A DNA stretch of 64,000 nucleotides, taken from Planctomycetota bacterium (GTDB lineage Bacteria; Planctomycetota; Phycisphaerae; Phycisphaerales; UBA1924). The translations under genes were made by a program, and so were the position numbers. Below, in pieces: positions 39,103 to 47,126 of this stretch; within the stretch, counting starts at the first letter, position 1, and each line of letters begins with the position of its first letter. The stretch covers positions 10,675 through 74,674 of the forward strand of contig JBCCZQ010000004.1 in the NCBI GenBank assembly GCA_039187315.1, read 5' to 3'. A model generated the notes under the pieces. That model did not search any database. It was not told where the DNA came from and saw nothing but the letters and a program-made list of their open reading frames with translations.

Positions 39103-39954
39103 ATGAACGCGATCAAGACGATGCTCGGGATGGTCGGTGCGGCGTGCATGACCTTCGGCGCTTCCGCCCAGCAGCAGCAGCCGGTCTTCGAGGTCGACTA
39201 CGAGGGCCCTCGCGGCACGAACACCCTCGAAGCGATCAACTTCGGCGCGGGCCTGAAGTTCAAGAAGTTCATCTTCGCCGATGCGGTGACCAACTTCGTG
39301 GGCGACAGCGACCCGAGGAACGCCGGGCAGACCCGCATCGTCCGGGGCCCGGACTCGGACGTCGGCCCCGAGCCGGCCAACGCCCCACTGGCCAACCACT
39401 CGGACGCGGCACACGCCGAGTTTGAGCAGCTGCTGACCGAGGTCTTCCGGAACACCAACCTCAACAGCTTCATCGATAACCACGTCCGCAACCCGTACTT
39501 CTCGTTCGTGCTTGAGCTCGAGAAGCCGCTGAAGGACAACGAGCCCGGCGCGGACGACCAGATCGGGGAGATCATCTTCTTTGAGCGCGGTGCGCAGGTT
39601 GCGAACAGCTACATCCTGCTCGAAGCCCTCGACGCCGATGGCAACGTCATCGGCACCCCATACCTGATCAACCCCGACACGCCGATCGAGATGAGCCCCC
39701 CGGTCCAGGCCTGCGTGCTCAACCTCAACGAGCTGAAGTACCGCTGGTCGCAGGACCTCGGCGGGGTGTCGATCGACCTCGACAAGCTCGGCGTCGAGAG
39801 CACCTCGCGTATCCGCGTCTCTCGGCCGATCGTGGGCGAGCACGGCATGACGTCCGGCATGCTCGGCGGCGGCCGCGACCTGAACCCGGACTTCAAGCTC
39901 GTCTTCGTGCAGACGTACAACGTTGCCCTGACCGGCTGGTTCGTCGGCGACTAA
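39103..39954 (+). CDS. Secreted hypothetical protein
   Basis: The ATG is preceded by GGGAGA. The signal peptide is MNAIKTMLGMVGAACMTFGASAQ. I recognise no motifs. Confidence 0.65.
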   Translation: MNAIKTMLGMVGAACMTFGASAQQQQPVFEVDYEGPRGTNTLEAINFGAGLKFKKFIFADAVTNFVGDSDPRNAGQTRIVRGPDSDVGPEPANAPLANHSDAAHAEFEQLLTEVFRNTNLNSFIDNHVRNPYFSFVLELEKPLKDNEPGADDQIGEIIFFERGAQVANSYILLEALDADGNVIGTPYLINPDTPIEMSPPVQACVLNLNELKYRWSQDLGGVSIDLDKLGVESTSRIRVSRPIVGEHGMTSGMLGGGRDLNPDFKLVFVQTYNVALTGWFVGD

Positions 39955-39987
39955 GCCCCGCCGTCCGCCGACTGCCAAAGCCGACGC

Positions 39988-40025
39988 GCCGCTCCGGTTC
40001 CCCCACCGGGGCGGCCGCGTTTGTG
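39988..40025 (+). terminator. Possible intrinsic terminator
   Basis: A 10-bp stem GCCGCTCCGG / CCGGGGCGGC (one G-U pair) with loop TTCCCCCA is followed by CGCGTTTGTG. The T-tract is weak. Confidence 0.4.
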
Positions 40026-40086
40026 CGCGGGGAGACCGCTAAACTTCTGCACCGATCCCGCGGACGTCGTAGAGCGAGACCGAACC

Positions 40087-40353
40087 ATGCCCCACATCAT
40101 CGGCGAGCCCTGCATCAGGACAAAGGACACAGCCTGCGTCGAGGTCTGCCCCGTCGATTGCATCCACCCGACCACCGACGAGGACGACTTCGAGAACGAG
40201 GACCAGCTCTACATCGACCCCGACACATGCATCGACTGCGGCCTGTGTGTCGACGAGTGCCCGGTCAAGGCCATCTACCCAGAAGAAGACCTGCCCGACG
40301 AGTGGCAGAAGTACGTCCAGATCAACCTGGACTACTACACGAAAAAGGGCTGA
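40087..40353 (+). CDS. Ferredoxin (FdxA-like, two Fe-S cluster motifs)
   Basis: The sequence MPHIIGEPCIRTKDTACVEVCPVDCIHP ... CIDCGLCVDECP gives the CxxD/CxxC...CP and CxxCxxCxxxCP motifs. I trimmed the ORF to the ATG at 40087. Confidence 0.87.
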   Translation: MPHIIGEPCIRTKDTACVEVCPVDCIHPTTDEDDFENEDQLYIDPDTCIDCGLCVDECPVKAIYPEEDLPDEWQKYVQINLDYYTKKG

Positions 40354-40383
40354 GCGAGGGCCAGTGCGAGCAGCAACGCCAAT

Positions 40384-40419
40384 GAGTCAGCCGGCGAGTC
40401 AGCCGGCGAGTCAGCCGGC
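40384..40419 (+). repeat. Perfect 12-bp x3 tandem repeat (GAGTCAGCCGGC)
   Basis: I read this directly as gagtcagccggc gagtcagccggc gagtcagccggc. It sits in the spacer between the ferredoxin gene and the B12-binding-domain gene. Confidence 0.9.
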
Positions 40420-40470
40420 AGCATCGCCCCCGCCGCCTCCGCCGGCCACCATGCGTCGAACACCCGCCCG

Positions 40471-41577
40471 ATGCCTACGACCGACCGCATGACCAATCCG
40501 GACCCGACCAGCCCGCGCACCAGCCCCCTGGCAGCTCAGGCCTCGGCCATCATCGATGCCGGCGCACGCGCGCTCGCCTCCCACGCGGCCGAGATCCTGC
40601 TCGATGAGCACCCCGAGGCCGAGGCGATGTTCGGCCGCCGGGCCTTCCGCGGCTGGCACGACCACCTGACCCAGCGTCTGGCGGAGCTATCGGCCTCGGT
40701 CGCGGTGGGCTCGCCCGAGCGGTTCCGGCGCGATGTCGCATGGTCGGTGGCCGCGTTCGCAGCACGCCGCGTGCCGACCCAGGCCGTCGCCCACTCGATC
40801 GACGCCCTGCGCGTCGCGCTCGCGGACGCGCTCTCTCCCGAAGCGATGGCCGCCGTCACGCCCCTGCTCGACGCGGGCGTCGCCGCCGCCGCCGAGCCGC
40901 CCGCCCCGATGCAGAGGCTCTCGCCCGATCAGCCGCTCGGTGGGCTGGCGCTGACGATGCTCGAGGCGGTGCTCTCGGGCGAACGCCGCCGGGCCATCGG
41001 CCTGCTGACCGACACCGCCGACGCGGGGACGCCCGTGGCCGAGCTCTACGAGCAGGTCCTGCTTCCCGTCGAGGCGGAGATCGGCACGATGTGGCACCTC
41101 GGCGAGATCAGCATCCCAGAAGAGCACGCCGCGACCGAGGCCACCCGGAGCGCCATGGCCGTGCTCTGCCACCGAGCGGCGCCGGCCCAGACGCAGCCCG
41201 GCACGGTGCTCGTCGGCGCGGTCGAGGGCGACCGGCACGACATCGGCCCGCGGGCCGTGGCTGATCTGGTCGAGCTCGCCGGCTTCCGCGTCATCTGCCT
41301 CGGCGGTGATGTGCCAGTGCGCGACCTGCTCCAGGCGTGCAGCGACTTCGAGGCAACCGCACTGATCCTCAGCGCGACCATGACCGTCCACCTGCCGGCG
41401 CTGGCCAAGGCGATCGATGCCGTCCGCGTCATGCAGCACGAGCAGGAGCGATCGCTGCGGATCATCGTCGGCGGGCAGGCGTTCGCGAGCGATCCCGCGC
41501 TCTCCGACCGCCTGGGCGCCAACGGCTACGCGGCCTCACCCCGCGATGCCATCGGGCTGCTGCGCTCGGACGGCTGA
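40471..41577 (+). CDS. Cobalamin (B12)-binding-domain protein with N-terminal helical sensor-like domain
   Basis: The C-terminal Rossmann-like B12-binding domain carries the DxHxxG signature (VEGDRHDIGPRAVADLVELAGFRVICLGGDVP). No DNA-binding or catalytic domain is evident. Confidence 0.75.
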   Translation: MPTTDRMTNPDPTSPRTSPLAAQASAIIDAGARALASHAAEILLDEHPEAEAMFGRRAFRGWHDHLTQRLAELSASVAVGSPERFRRDVAWSVAAFAARRVPTQAVAHSIDALRVALADALSPEAMAAVTPLLDAGVAAAAEPPAPMQRLSPDQPLGGLALTMLEAVLSGERRRAIGLLTDTADAGTPVAELYEQVLLPVEAEIGTMWHLGEISIPEEHAATEATRSAMAVLCHRAAPAQTQPGTVLVGAVEGDRHDIGPRAVADLVELAGFRVICLGGDVPVRDLLQACSDFEATALILSATMTVHLPALAKAIDAVRVMQHEQERSLRIIVGGQAFASDPALSDRLGANGYAASPRDAIGLLRSDG

Positions 41578-41578
41578 C

Positions 41579-42205
41579 TCAGGCAGAACGCCGCTTGTGG
41601 GTGATGCCCTCGCGGACCCGGACGTTCGCGGCCGCATCGGCGCGCTCCGTCCAGTCGTCAACGCCGTTGAGCGAAAGCTCGTTGCCCTGCACCTTGCGGT
41701 AGCCCAAGAGCCGGATGACCTCGAGCACATCGGTCCAGTTCGGGTAGTGCTTGTTGTTGACGGCCTTGAAGGTCTCGATAGCCCGCAGGAACAGGAACTG
41801 CTCCGCGTTCATCTCGCCTTCCTCGGCGGCCTTGACGAAGTCGGGCAGGCGCCGGCCCGGCCCGCGTCGGCGTTCCAGGCCGCTCGGTCGGGTGTCAATG
41901 ACGTTCTTTCGGCGGTCCTCGCCGGGGCGTCGCTGCTCGGTGGGCGCAAGCTTCGGTCCGCCGCGCCGGGAGCCGCGTTCGGCGAGTTTGTCGGCGAGGC
42001 CGGGCTCGCTCTCGAGGCCGATCAGCCCATCAAGCCTCGACTCGATCGAGCCGTCATCGTCGTGCGTGTTGGCGAAGGTCTCGAGCTGTTCGAGGTCTTC
42101 GGCGTCCAACGGCCCGCTGATCTGCGACGGTTCGAGCGGCAGGCTGCCCTGCGCGGGCGGGCTGGTGTCGCGGCGTCGTCCGGCGTTGTCCTGTCCCGCT
42201 GGCAT
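41579..42205 (-). CDS. Hypothetical protein (acidic N-terminus, strongly basic middle, conserved-looking C-domain)
   Basis: The ATG is preceded by GGAGGGA at 6 nt, and codon bias is good. I have no family assignment. Confidence 0.6.
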   Translation of the reverse strand: MPAGQDNAGRRRDTSPPAQGSLPLEPSQISGPLDAEDLEQLETFANTHDDDGSIESRLDGLIGLESEPGLADKLAERGSRRGGPKLAPTEQRRPGEDRRKNVIDTRPSGLERRRGPGRRLPDFVKAAEEGEMNAEQFLFLRAIETFKAVNNKHYPNWTDVLEVIRLLGYRKVQGNELSLNGVDDWTERADAAANVRVREGITHKRRSA

Positions 42206-42264
42206 CGGTGTTCCCTCCGTCCGTTGGCGTGCTGGCGCCCCGGGCGTTGGGTCACGCCGGGGCG

Positions 42265-42531
42265 TCAGAGGTCGTCGGATTCATCGTCCTCGTCGTCACC
42301 GTCGTCCTCGTCCTCGTAGTCGTCGTCGTCGAGATCGCCCGGGTCCTCGTCGTCGTCATCGTCGTAGAAGTAATCGTCGTCCTCATCATCGTCATAGTCG
42401 GACACGGCGGGCGCGCTCTCGGGCTGTCCGAGAACCGCGGGCGGCGTCGCGAGGGCCTCGATCACACAGACCGGCGTGTCGCCGGCATCGGGCACGATCG
42501 TCGCGGTGTCTGCTTCGGCGTGGGCGATCAT
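42265..42531 (-). CDS. Small hyper-acidic protein (poly-D/E/Y tail)
   Basis: The ATG is preceded by GGGAGGA at 6 nt. The last 45 aa or so are almost entirely D/E with interspersed Y (DYDDDEDDDYFYDDDDDEDPGDLDDDDYEDEDDGDDEDDESDDL). The opposite-strand reading (poly-V) is implausible. Confidence 0.5.
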   Translation of the reverse strand: MIAHAEADTATIVPDAGDTPVCVIEALATPPAVLGQPESAPAVSDYDDDEDDDYFYDDDDDEDPGDLDDDDYEDEDDGDDEDDESDDL

Positions 42532-42707
42532 CGGTGGTCCTCCCTGCAGCCGGGGATGGGCCCCGCGAGGCCCGATCCGGCGCGCGTTAGACTACCCGCG
42601 TTCGTCGCCGCGTCAACGGCCCATGCGGGCAGCACCGCCTTTCTTTTCATGATCCGCGGGCGATCGGCCGAGTCTGCTCCCAGCCGCACCGCGACGAAGC
42701 CGCAGCC

Positions 42708-43376
42708 GTGCAAGCCACGATGTCCGAGTCCATGCCCAAGCTCATGCCAGATCCGACACCAGATCCGACACCAGATCCGACGCCACAGCCCAAGCCAGCC
42801 CCGGCGTCCCCGCCGGATCCCGAGGCGACGGCGGATGCCGATGCAGCGCAGGCCGGTAGACCTGCCGCGCCGGAGTCGGTCGGGATGCGTCGCGGGTTTG
42901 CGCCCGTGGCTGGGGTGCTGGCGCTGCTGATCCCTGGGATGGGGCACGCCCTGCTGGGACTGCGGGTCCGCGGCAGCCGGATCGCTGCTGGCGTGCTCGG
43001 CCTGTTCGCGTTCGGCCTGCTGATCGGGGGGATCGACGCGGTCGACAGCCGCGAGGACCGCTGGTGGTACATGGGCCAGGCGCTCGTGGGCCCGACCGCG
43101 TGGGCGGTCGATACGGTGCACCAGAGCTGGTTCAAGCACCCCGCTCGGGATTCGTCGCTGCCGCGCAAACCTGCCCCGGGTGAGGTGGTGACCAGCGAGG
43201 GGACGATCGAGTACGGCGGGGCCGCCGCGCCCGAGCCGCGGGTGCGCAAGGGTCTGGGCCGGGTCAACGAGATCGGCTCGCTGGCGTGTGCGCTGGCGGG
43301 CTTGATGAACGCGATCGCCATCCTCGACGCTGCCTTCCCCCCGCTGCGACGGAGAAAGGAAGGCCTGAAGCTGTGA
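42708..43376 (+). CDS. Membrane protein (PDPT-repeat N-terminus, 2-3 TM helices)
   Basis: The helices VAGVLALLIPGMGHALLGL, AAGVLGLFAFGLLIGGI and LACALAGLMNAIAIL are present. The N-terminal repeat is PDPTPDPTPDPTPQPKP. Confidence 0.6.
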   Translation: MQATMSESMPKLMPDPTPDPTPDPTPQPKPAPASPPDPEATADADAAQAGRPAAPESVGMRRGFAPVAGVLALLIPGMGHALLGLRVRGSRIAAGVLGLFAFGLLIGGIDAVDSREDRWWYMGQALVGPTAWAVDTVHQSWFKHPARDSSLPRKPAPGEVVTSEGTIEYGGAAAPEPRVRKGLGRVNEIGSLACALAGLMNAIAILDAAFPPLRRRKEGLKL

Positions 43377-43384
43377 CAGCTGCG

Positions 43385-43642
43385 ATGATCAAGCCCGAGC
43401 TGCTGACACTCGCCTACCGCCCGCTGCTCGACCCGCTGCCGATCCACGGCCACGAGTGGGCCGCGCTGCCGGTCATCGCGCTGCTGATGGCGATGGCGTA
43501 CCGCGGGGTGCGCACGGAGCACATCGACCGCTACTGGCGCGGGGTCTTCCGGGTCGCGGGTGTCATCGTGCTGGTGATGGTCGGCCTGAGCGCCGGCAGC
43601 TGGGTCCTGATCGAGCTCGCCCGGATGGTCTCCCCGGCCTGA
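43385..43642 (+). CDS. Small two-helix membrane protein
   Basis: The helices are WAALPVIALLMAMAY and VAGVIVLVMVGLSAGSWVLI. An alternative GTG at 43373 would overlap the upstream stop (GTGA). Confidence 0.5.
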   Translation: MIKPELLTLAYRPLLDPLPIHGHEWAALPVIALLMAMAYRGVRTEHIDRYWRGVFRVAGVIVLVMVGLSAGSWVLIELARMVSPA

Positions 43643-43650
43643 GCGGTCGT

Positions 43651-45114
43651 CTAGGCGTAGCGGCTGCGATCGGTGCGGAACGGCTCGTCGAGGTTCACGA
43701 TCATGTACCGCAGCGCGTCCGCGGCGTGGTCGGGGCCGTCCTTGGCCGGCTCGAGGCTCGTCGGCGACTGCTCCGGGTAGTGGTAGCGCTCGAGCGCGTC
43801 GATCAGGTGCACGCACCGGCGGTGGATGAGCAGCTTCGCAGGGCCCGACGCGGGCGCGAGCCGGGCTGTCACGAGCCGGATCCCCTGCTGGACGGCCGAG
43901 GGACGGGCGCGGACGGTCAGGCCGGCGTGTCGCAGCACAGCGATGTCGCTCAGCCCGGTCTGACCGGAGCGCTGGTGGCCGGCGGGGTCGACGCCGATCC
44001 AAACCGGCGCTGGCCAGCCGCCGCCGCAGATCGCGCGGGCGTGGTCTTCGAGCACGGTCTCGCGTTCAACGCGTTCGCCGACAACGCGGACCACGCCCTC
44101 TCGGTCGACGCACGCGTGCAGGACGACGGTCGGTGCCCGGAATCCGAAGTCCATGCCCGCGATCCAGGTCAGTCCCGACGCATCATGCTCGACCGCATCA
44201 TCGAAGACGTGCGCCGTCCGGTCGAAGGCCGGGTAGACCGCGTCCGTTCGGCGTGGGCGTTTGCAGAGCATCTCGGACTCCCAGACGGGCAGCGAGACGC
44301 GGCGCTTCATCGTGATCGCGTCTTCGATGTCGATGTGACCTTCCTGCTCGGGCGGGAGCACCTTCGCGCGGCCGCCGCACTCGTCCCAGAGCGCGCAGGG
44401 GGTGCCGTCTGCTGCGTGGCATTGAAACTCGTCGGTGCAGCGGGCGAGGACGTCGGTGACGCCCCACTTGAACAGGGCTCGCGTGCCGCGTTGCGCCTCG
44501 CTGACGAGGTCGGCCATCATGCCAAATGGCCGGTGCATGGTCGAGAGGCACTCGATGACGCCGCGGACGCGTCCGCCCTCGAGGTTGGTCGACCGCGTGA
44601 CGAGCTGGGCGGCCTCCCAGATAGCTGGGCTGATCAGGTCCACCTCGTCGCAGCGGAGCTTCTGGACGCGTGTGCCTCGGATGGCGGCGTGGCTGGCGGC
44701 GAGGAGCTCGACGCGGGAGCCGCTGGTCAGCCGCAGGCGCTTGTCGGTCGGCTTGCCATCGACGAGCTCGGCGAAGCCGGGTCGCTCGAAGATGCCGCGG
44801 AGGTGCGCGTGCATGCGGCCCGCTTGCTCGAGGCTGCCCGCAACGATGCGGATCTCGACGCCGGGCTTGAAGACCATGTCCAGTGCCGTGGCGACGGCGC
44901 CCAAGAACGTCTTGCCCCCGCCGCGGTTGGCCCAGACGACCGCGTCGCGCGGCCTGCGGTCCTCGAAGAAGGCGTGGCAGATATAGGCGAACGGTGCGCC
45001 CAGGCCCTGGCAGCCGGCGGGCGTCACCGCCCCCATCGGCGGACGGGGCATCGTTACCCCGATGCGCTCCCGGAGGAACCCGTGCAGCTGGTCATCGTTT
45101 TCTGGCCGGTCCAT
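43651..45114 (-). CDS. Terminase-large-subunit-like ATPase-nuclease (orphan TerL)
   Basis: Walker A (VVWANRGGGKTFLG), Walker B (KLRCDEVDLI) and an RNase-H-like nuclease half with acidic motifs (IAGMDFGF, WIGVDPAG, GPDHAADALRYM) are all present. The start is ambiguous: 45180, 45114 or 45051. Confidence 0.75.
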   Translation of the reverse strand: MDRPENDDQLHGFLRERIGVTMPRPPMGAVTPAGCQGLGAPFAYICHAFFEDRRPRDAVVWANRGGGKTFLGAVATALDMVFKPGVEIRIVAGSLEQAGRMHAHLRGIFERPGFAELVDGKPTDKRLRLTSGSRVELLAASHAAIRGTRVQKLRCDEVDLISPAIWEAAQLVTRSTNLEGGRVRGVIECLSTMHRPFGMMADLVSEAQRGTRALFKWGVTDVLARCTDEFQCHAADGTPCALWDECGGRAKVLPPEQEGHIDIEDAITMKRRVSLPVWESEMLCKRPRRTDAVYPAFDRTAHVFDDAVEHDASGLTWIAGMDFGFRAPTVVLHACVDREGVVRVVGERVERETVLEDHARAICGGGWPAPVWIGVDPAGHQRSGQTGLSDIAVLRHAGLTVRARPSAVQQGIRLVTARLAPASGPAKLLIHRRCVHLIDALERYHYPEQSPTSLEPAKDGPDHAADALRYMIVNLDEPFRTDRSRYA

Positions 45115-45862
45115 GGTCCCCGTCCCCTGTTTCGGATCGTGCTTTCGGTCGCTCGGCGGCGTAGGCGATGGGCGGGGCAAGCAGGGCGCCTGCAGCGAGG
45201 GCGGCCAGGCGGTCGACCGTCAGGCCGCGGGCCCGGCGGGTCGACGCGTTGGCTCTCGACCACGTGCGCAGCGCGCGTTCGAGCGATGGCGACGGAGTCG
45301 TGCGCTTGCGCAGCAAACGTTCGGCTGCTTCTTCGACGTCCGCGGTGCGAAGCGCGGCCAGCAGCCTGCGGTCACGGTCGGGCATCGCCGGCGCGGGCAG
45401 GCGTCGCATGCCGGCCCGCTCAAAGAACGGGCAGACGGCGCCCATGGCGGCGATCGCCTCGGTGTGCTCGGTCTCCGGGTCGGCGAGGTATGCGCGAACG
45501 AGCCGCACCGCGAGGCTCAGGCCGCGGTAGCGAGGATCGACGATGACGCGGCTGATGGTGCGCAGGCCCGTGTTGATCGCCCGGGCGCGGGCCCGCTTGT
45601 CGGGGTCGCAGTAGCGTCCTGGCCAGGCGTGTGCTCGCCAGAGCCCGTTGAGCGTCGGCCGGCTGCTGACGAGCACACCGGCGAGCTCGCCGCGGCGGGT
45701 CTCGACGGCTCGCAGGACGCGGCAGATCGTGGCGGGATGCCCCGGTCGGTAGTGCAGCGGGGCGAGGGCGCGGTAGTTGCTGCGCTCGCCCGGCTCGATA
45801 CGGAGCCTGTGGTGCTGATCGGGCCCCGGTTTGGTGTCGATCAGGAACGCCGGTGTTCGCAT
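45092..45862 (-). CDS. GNAT-fold (acetyltransferase-like) protein
   Basis: The acetyl-CoA-binding-type motif RVIVDPRYRGLSLAVRLVRAYL (Q/RxxGxG/A-like) precedes a beta-alpha pattern. The ATG overlaps the upstream gene by 22 nt. Confidence 0.6.
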   Translation of the reverse strand: MRTPAFLIDTKPGPDQHHRLRIEPGERSNYRALAPLHYRPGHPATICRVLRAVETRRGELAGVLVSSRPTLNGLWRAHAWPGRYCDPDKRARARAINTGLRTISRVIVDPRYRGLSLAVRLVRAYLADPETEHTEAIAAMGAVCPFFERAGMRRLPAPAMPDRDRRLLAALRTADVEEAAERLLRKRTTPSPSLERALRTWSRANASTRRARGLTVDRLAALAAGALLAPPIAYAAERPKARSETGDGDHGPARKR

Positions 45863-46551
45863 AGTCCCCGCCGCCCAGGATCGAGCCTGTGGATCTCGGC
45901 GGGTGCTTCGAAGGGGACGAAGACAAGCAGGTCTGGGCGCAGCTCGGCGGCGAGCTCGTCGTGGGCTGTGGCCGCGACAAGGCCCGTGTCCGCGGGCAGT
46001 GTTCGTCGCGCGGCGACAGCCAGTGCCGAGGCGGTGGGGGAGTCGAGCGTGCTGGCGAACTCGTCTGCGAGGACGAGCGCGGCTCGGCCGGAGGCGTCGC
46101 GGATGCTGCGTGCGTTGTCGAAGGCGAGCGCGATGGCCAGGCGGGCGCGCTCGCCCTCGGAGAGCCGTCCTGCGGGGGTGACGAGCCGGCGGGCGTCAGC
46201 GAGGCCGAGCCGCGAGAGCAGGGTCAGCGCCTCGTCGAGCGGCCGATCGATGAGATCGACTGGGGCCTTGCGGATCCGCCTCGGGACAGGTTCGACGCGG
46301 ACGCATCGCGGGTGTGAGCGCGCGAGCGCGTCGATCAGCAGGGACTTGCCGGCGCCGCTTGGGCCTGTAACGAGCGCGGCGGTGCAGGTTTCCAGCTCGG
46401 CTCGGAGTCGTTTGGCGTCATCGATAGCGCGTCGGCGGACGGTCCTGGCGCGCTGTCGGCCGGCGCTGGGTTCGATGGGCAGGCCGAAGGCTGCGCGGAC
46501 ACGCGTGGTCCTGGTCAGGCCGGTGCGTTGGCGTGGGCGTGGCTCAGTCAC
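45841..46551 (-). CDS. Soluble ABC-type ATPase (no permease partner)
   Basis: Walker A (VTGPSGAGKSLL), a signature-like LSEGERARLAIALA, Walker B (LVLADEFASTLD) and the H-loop (ATAHD) are present. The GTG start overlaps the upstream stop by 8 nt. Confidence 0.7.
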   Translation of the reverse strand: MTEPRPRQRTGLTRTTRVRAAFGLPIEPSAGRQRARTVRRRAIDDAKRLRAELETCTAALVTGPSGAGKSLLIDALARSHPRCVRVEPVPRRIRKAPVDLIDRPLDEALTLLSRLGLADARRLVTPAGRLSEGERARLAIALAFDNARSIRDASGRAALVLADEFASTLDSPTASALAVAARRTLPADTGLVAATAHDELAAELRPDLLVFVPFEAPAEIHRLDPGRRGLCEHRRS

Positions 46552-47014
46552 CGCGGCGGTCCCGCTGGTTGGGCGCGGCTCGCCCGGTCTCCTGGGCGAG
46601 CTCGAACATGGCTTCGACGGCGTCGCGGTGCCTGCGGACGCTGTAGAGGCTCATGCCCAGCTCGCGTGCGATGACCCGGAGGCTCTTGCCCTTGATGTAG
46701 TGCCAGTTGGCTACGCGTCTCCGTGTTGGGCGCCAGCTATCAGCCTGGGCGGCCACGAAATCGAACCTCGGGTCGAGCATGCGTGTGGTGATGCGTCTGG
46801 CGCGTCGGCGGAGGGCTCTTGGGTCGGTGCCGAGCTCGGCGGCGATGGTCGAGCATGGACGGCCGGCGTCGAACATGTCCTCGATGAGGCGTCGATCGGG
46901 GGGATCGAGGAGCTTGGCTCTTCGTGTGAGCTGCTGGGCCTGGGCGCGTGTGCGACGGCGTCTCAGGTCGGTCGTGTTGGTACTGGCGGCGACGAGCGCG
47001 GTACTGACAATCAT
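46544..47014 (-). CDS. Small protein with two sigma-70-region-4/LuxR-like HTH units (TerS-like or regulator)
   Basis: The two HTH segments are RPCSTIAAELGTDPRALRRRARRI and KSLRVIARELGMSLYSVRRHRDAVEAM. I trimmed the track ORF (47068) to the ATG at 47014, which has GAGG 5 nt upstream. Confidence 0.6.
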   Translation of the reverse strand: MIVSTALVAASTNTTDLRRRRTRAQAQQLTRRAKLLDPPDRRLIEDMFDAGRPCSTIAAELGTDPRALRRRARRITTRMLDPRFDFVAAQADSWRPTRRRVANWHYIKGKSLRVIARELGMSLYSVRRHRDAVEAMFELAQETGRAAPNQRDRRGD

Positions 47015-47058
47015 GAAAACCTCGTTTCTAAGTTGTTTGGGGTTGCAATCGCGCCGAT

Positions 47059-47084
47059 CTGTGTTCACAATTGAAAAAACACAG
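47059..47084. promoter_or_regulatory. Candidate operator: perfect inverted repeat CTGTGTT-N12-AACACAG overlapping a TTGCAA-N17-CACAAT promoter-like element
   Basis: I read this directly at 47059-47065 / 47078-47084. The -35-like TTGCAA is at 47043-47048 and the -10-like CACAAT at 47066-47071. It lies in the 112-bp AT-rich divergent spacer. Confidence 0.5.
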
Positions 47085-47126
47085 CAGCATGTTCTCTCAA
47101 GACAGAACTATTTGCAAGGAACTTGT

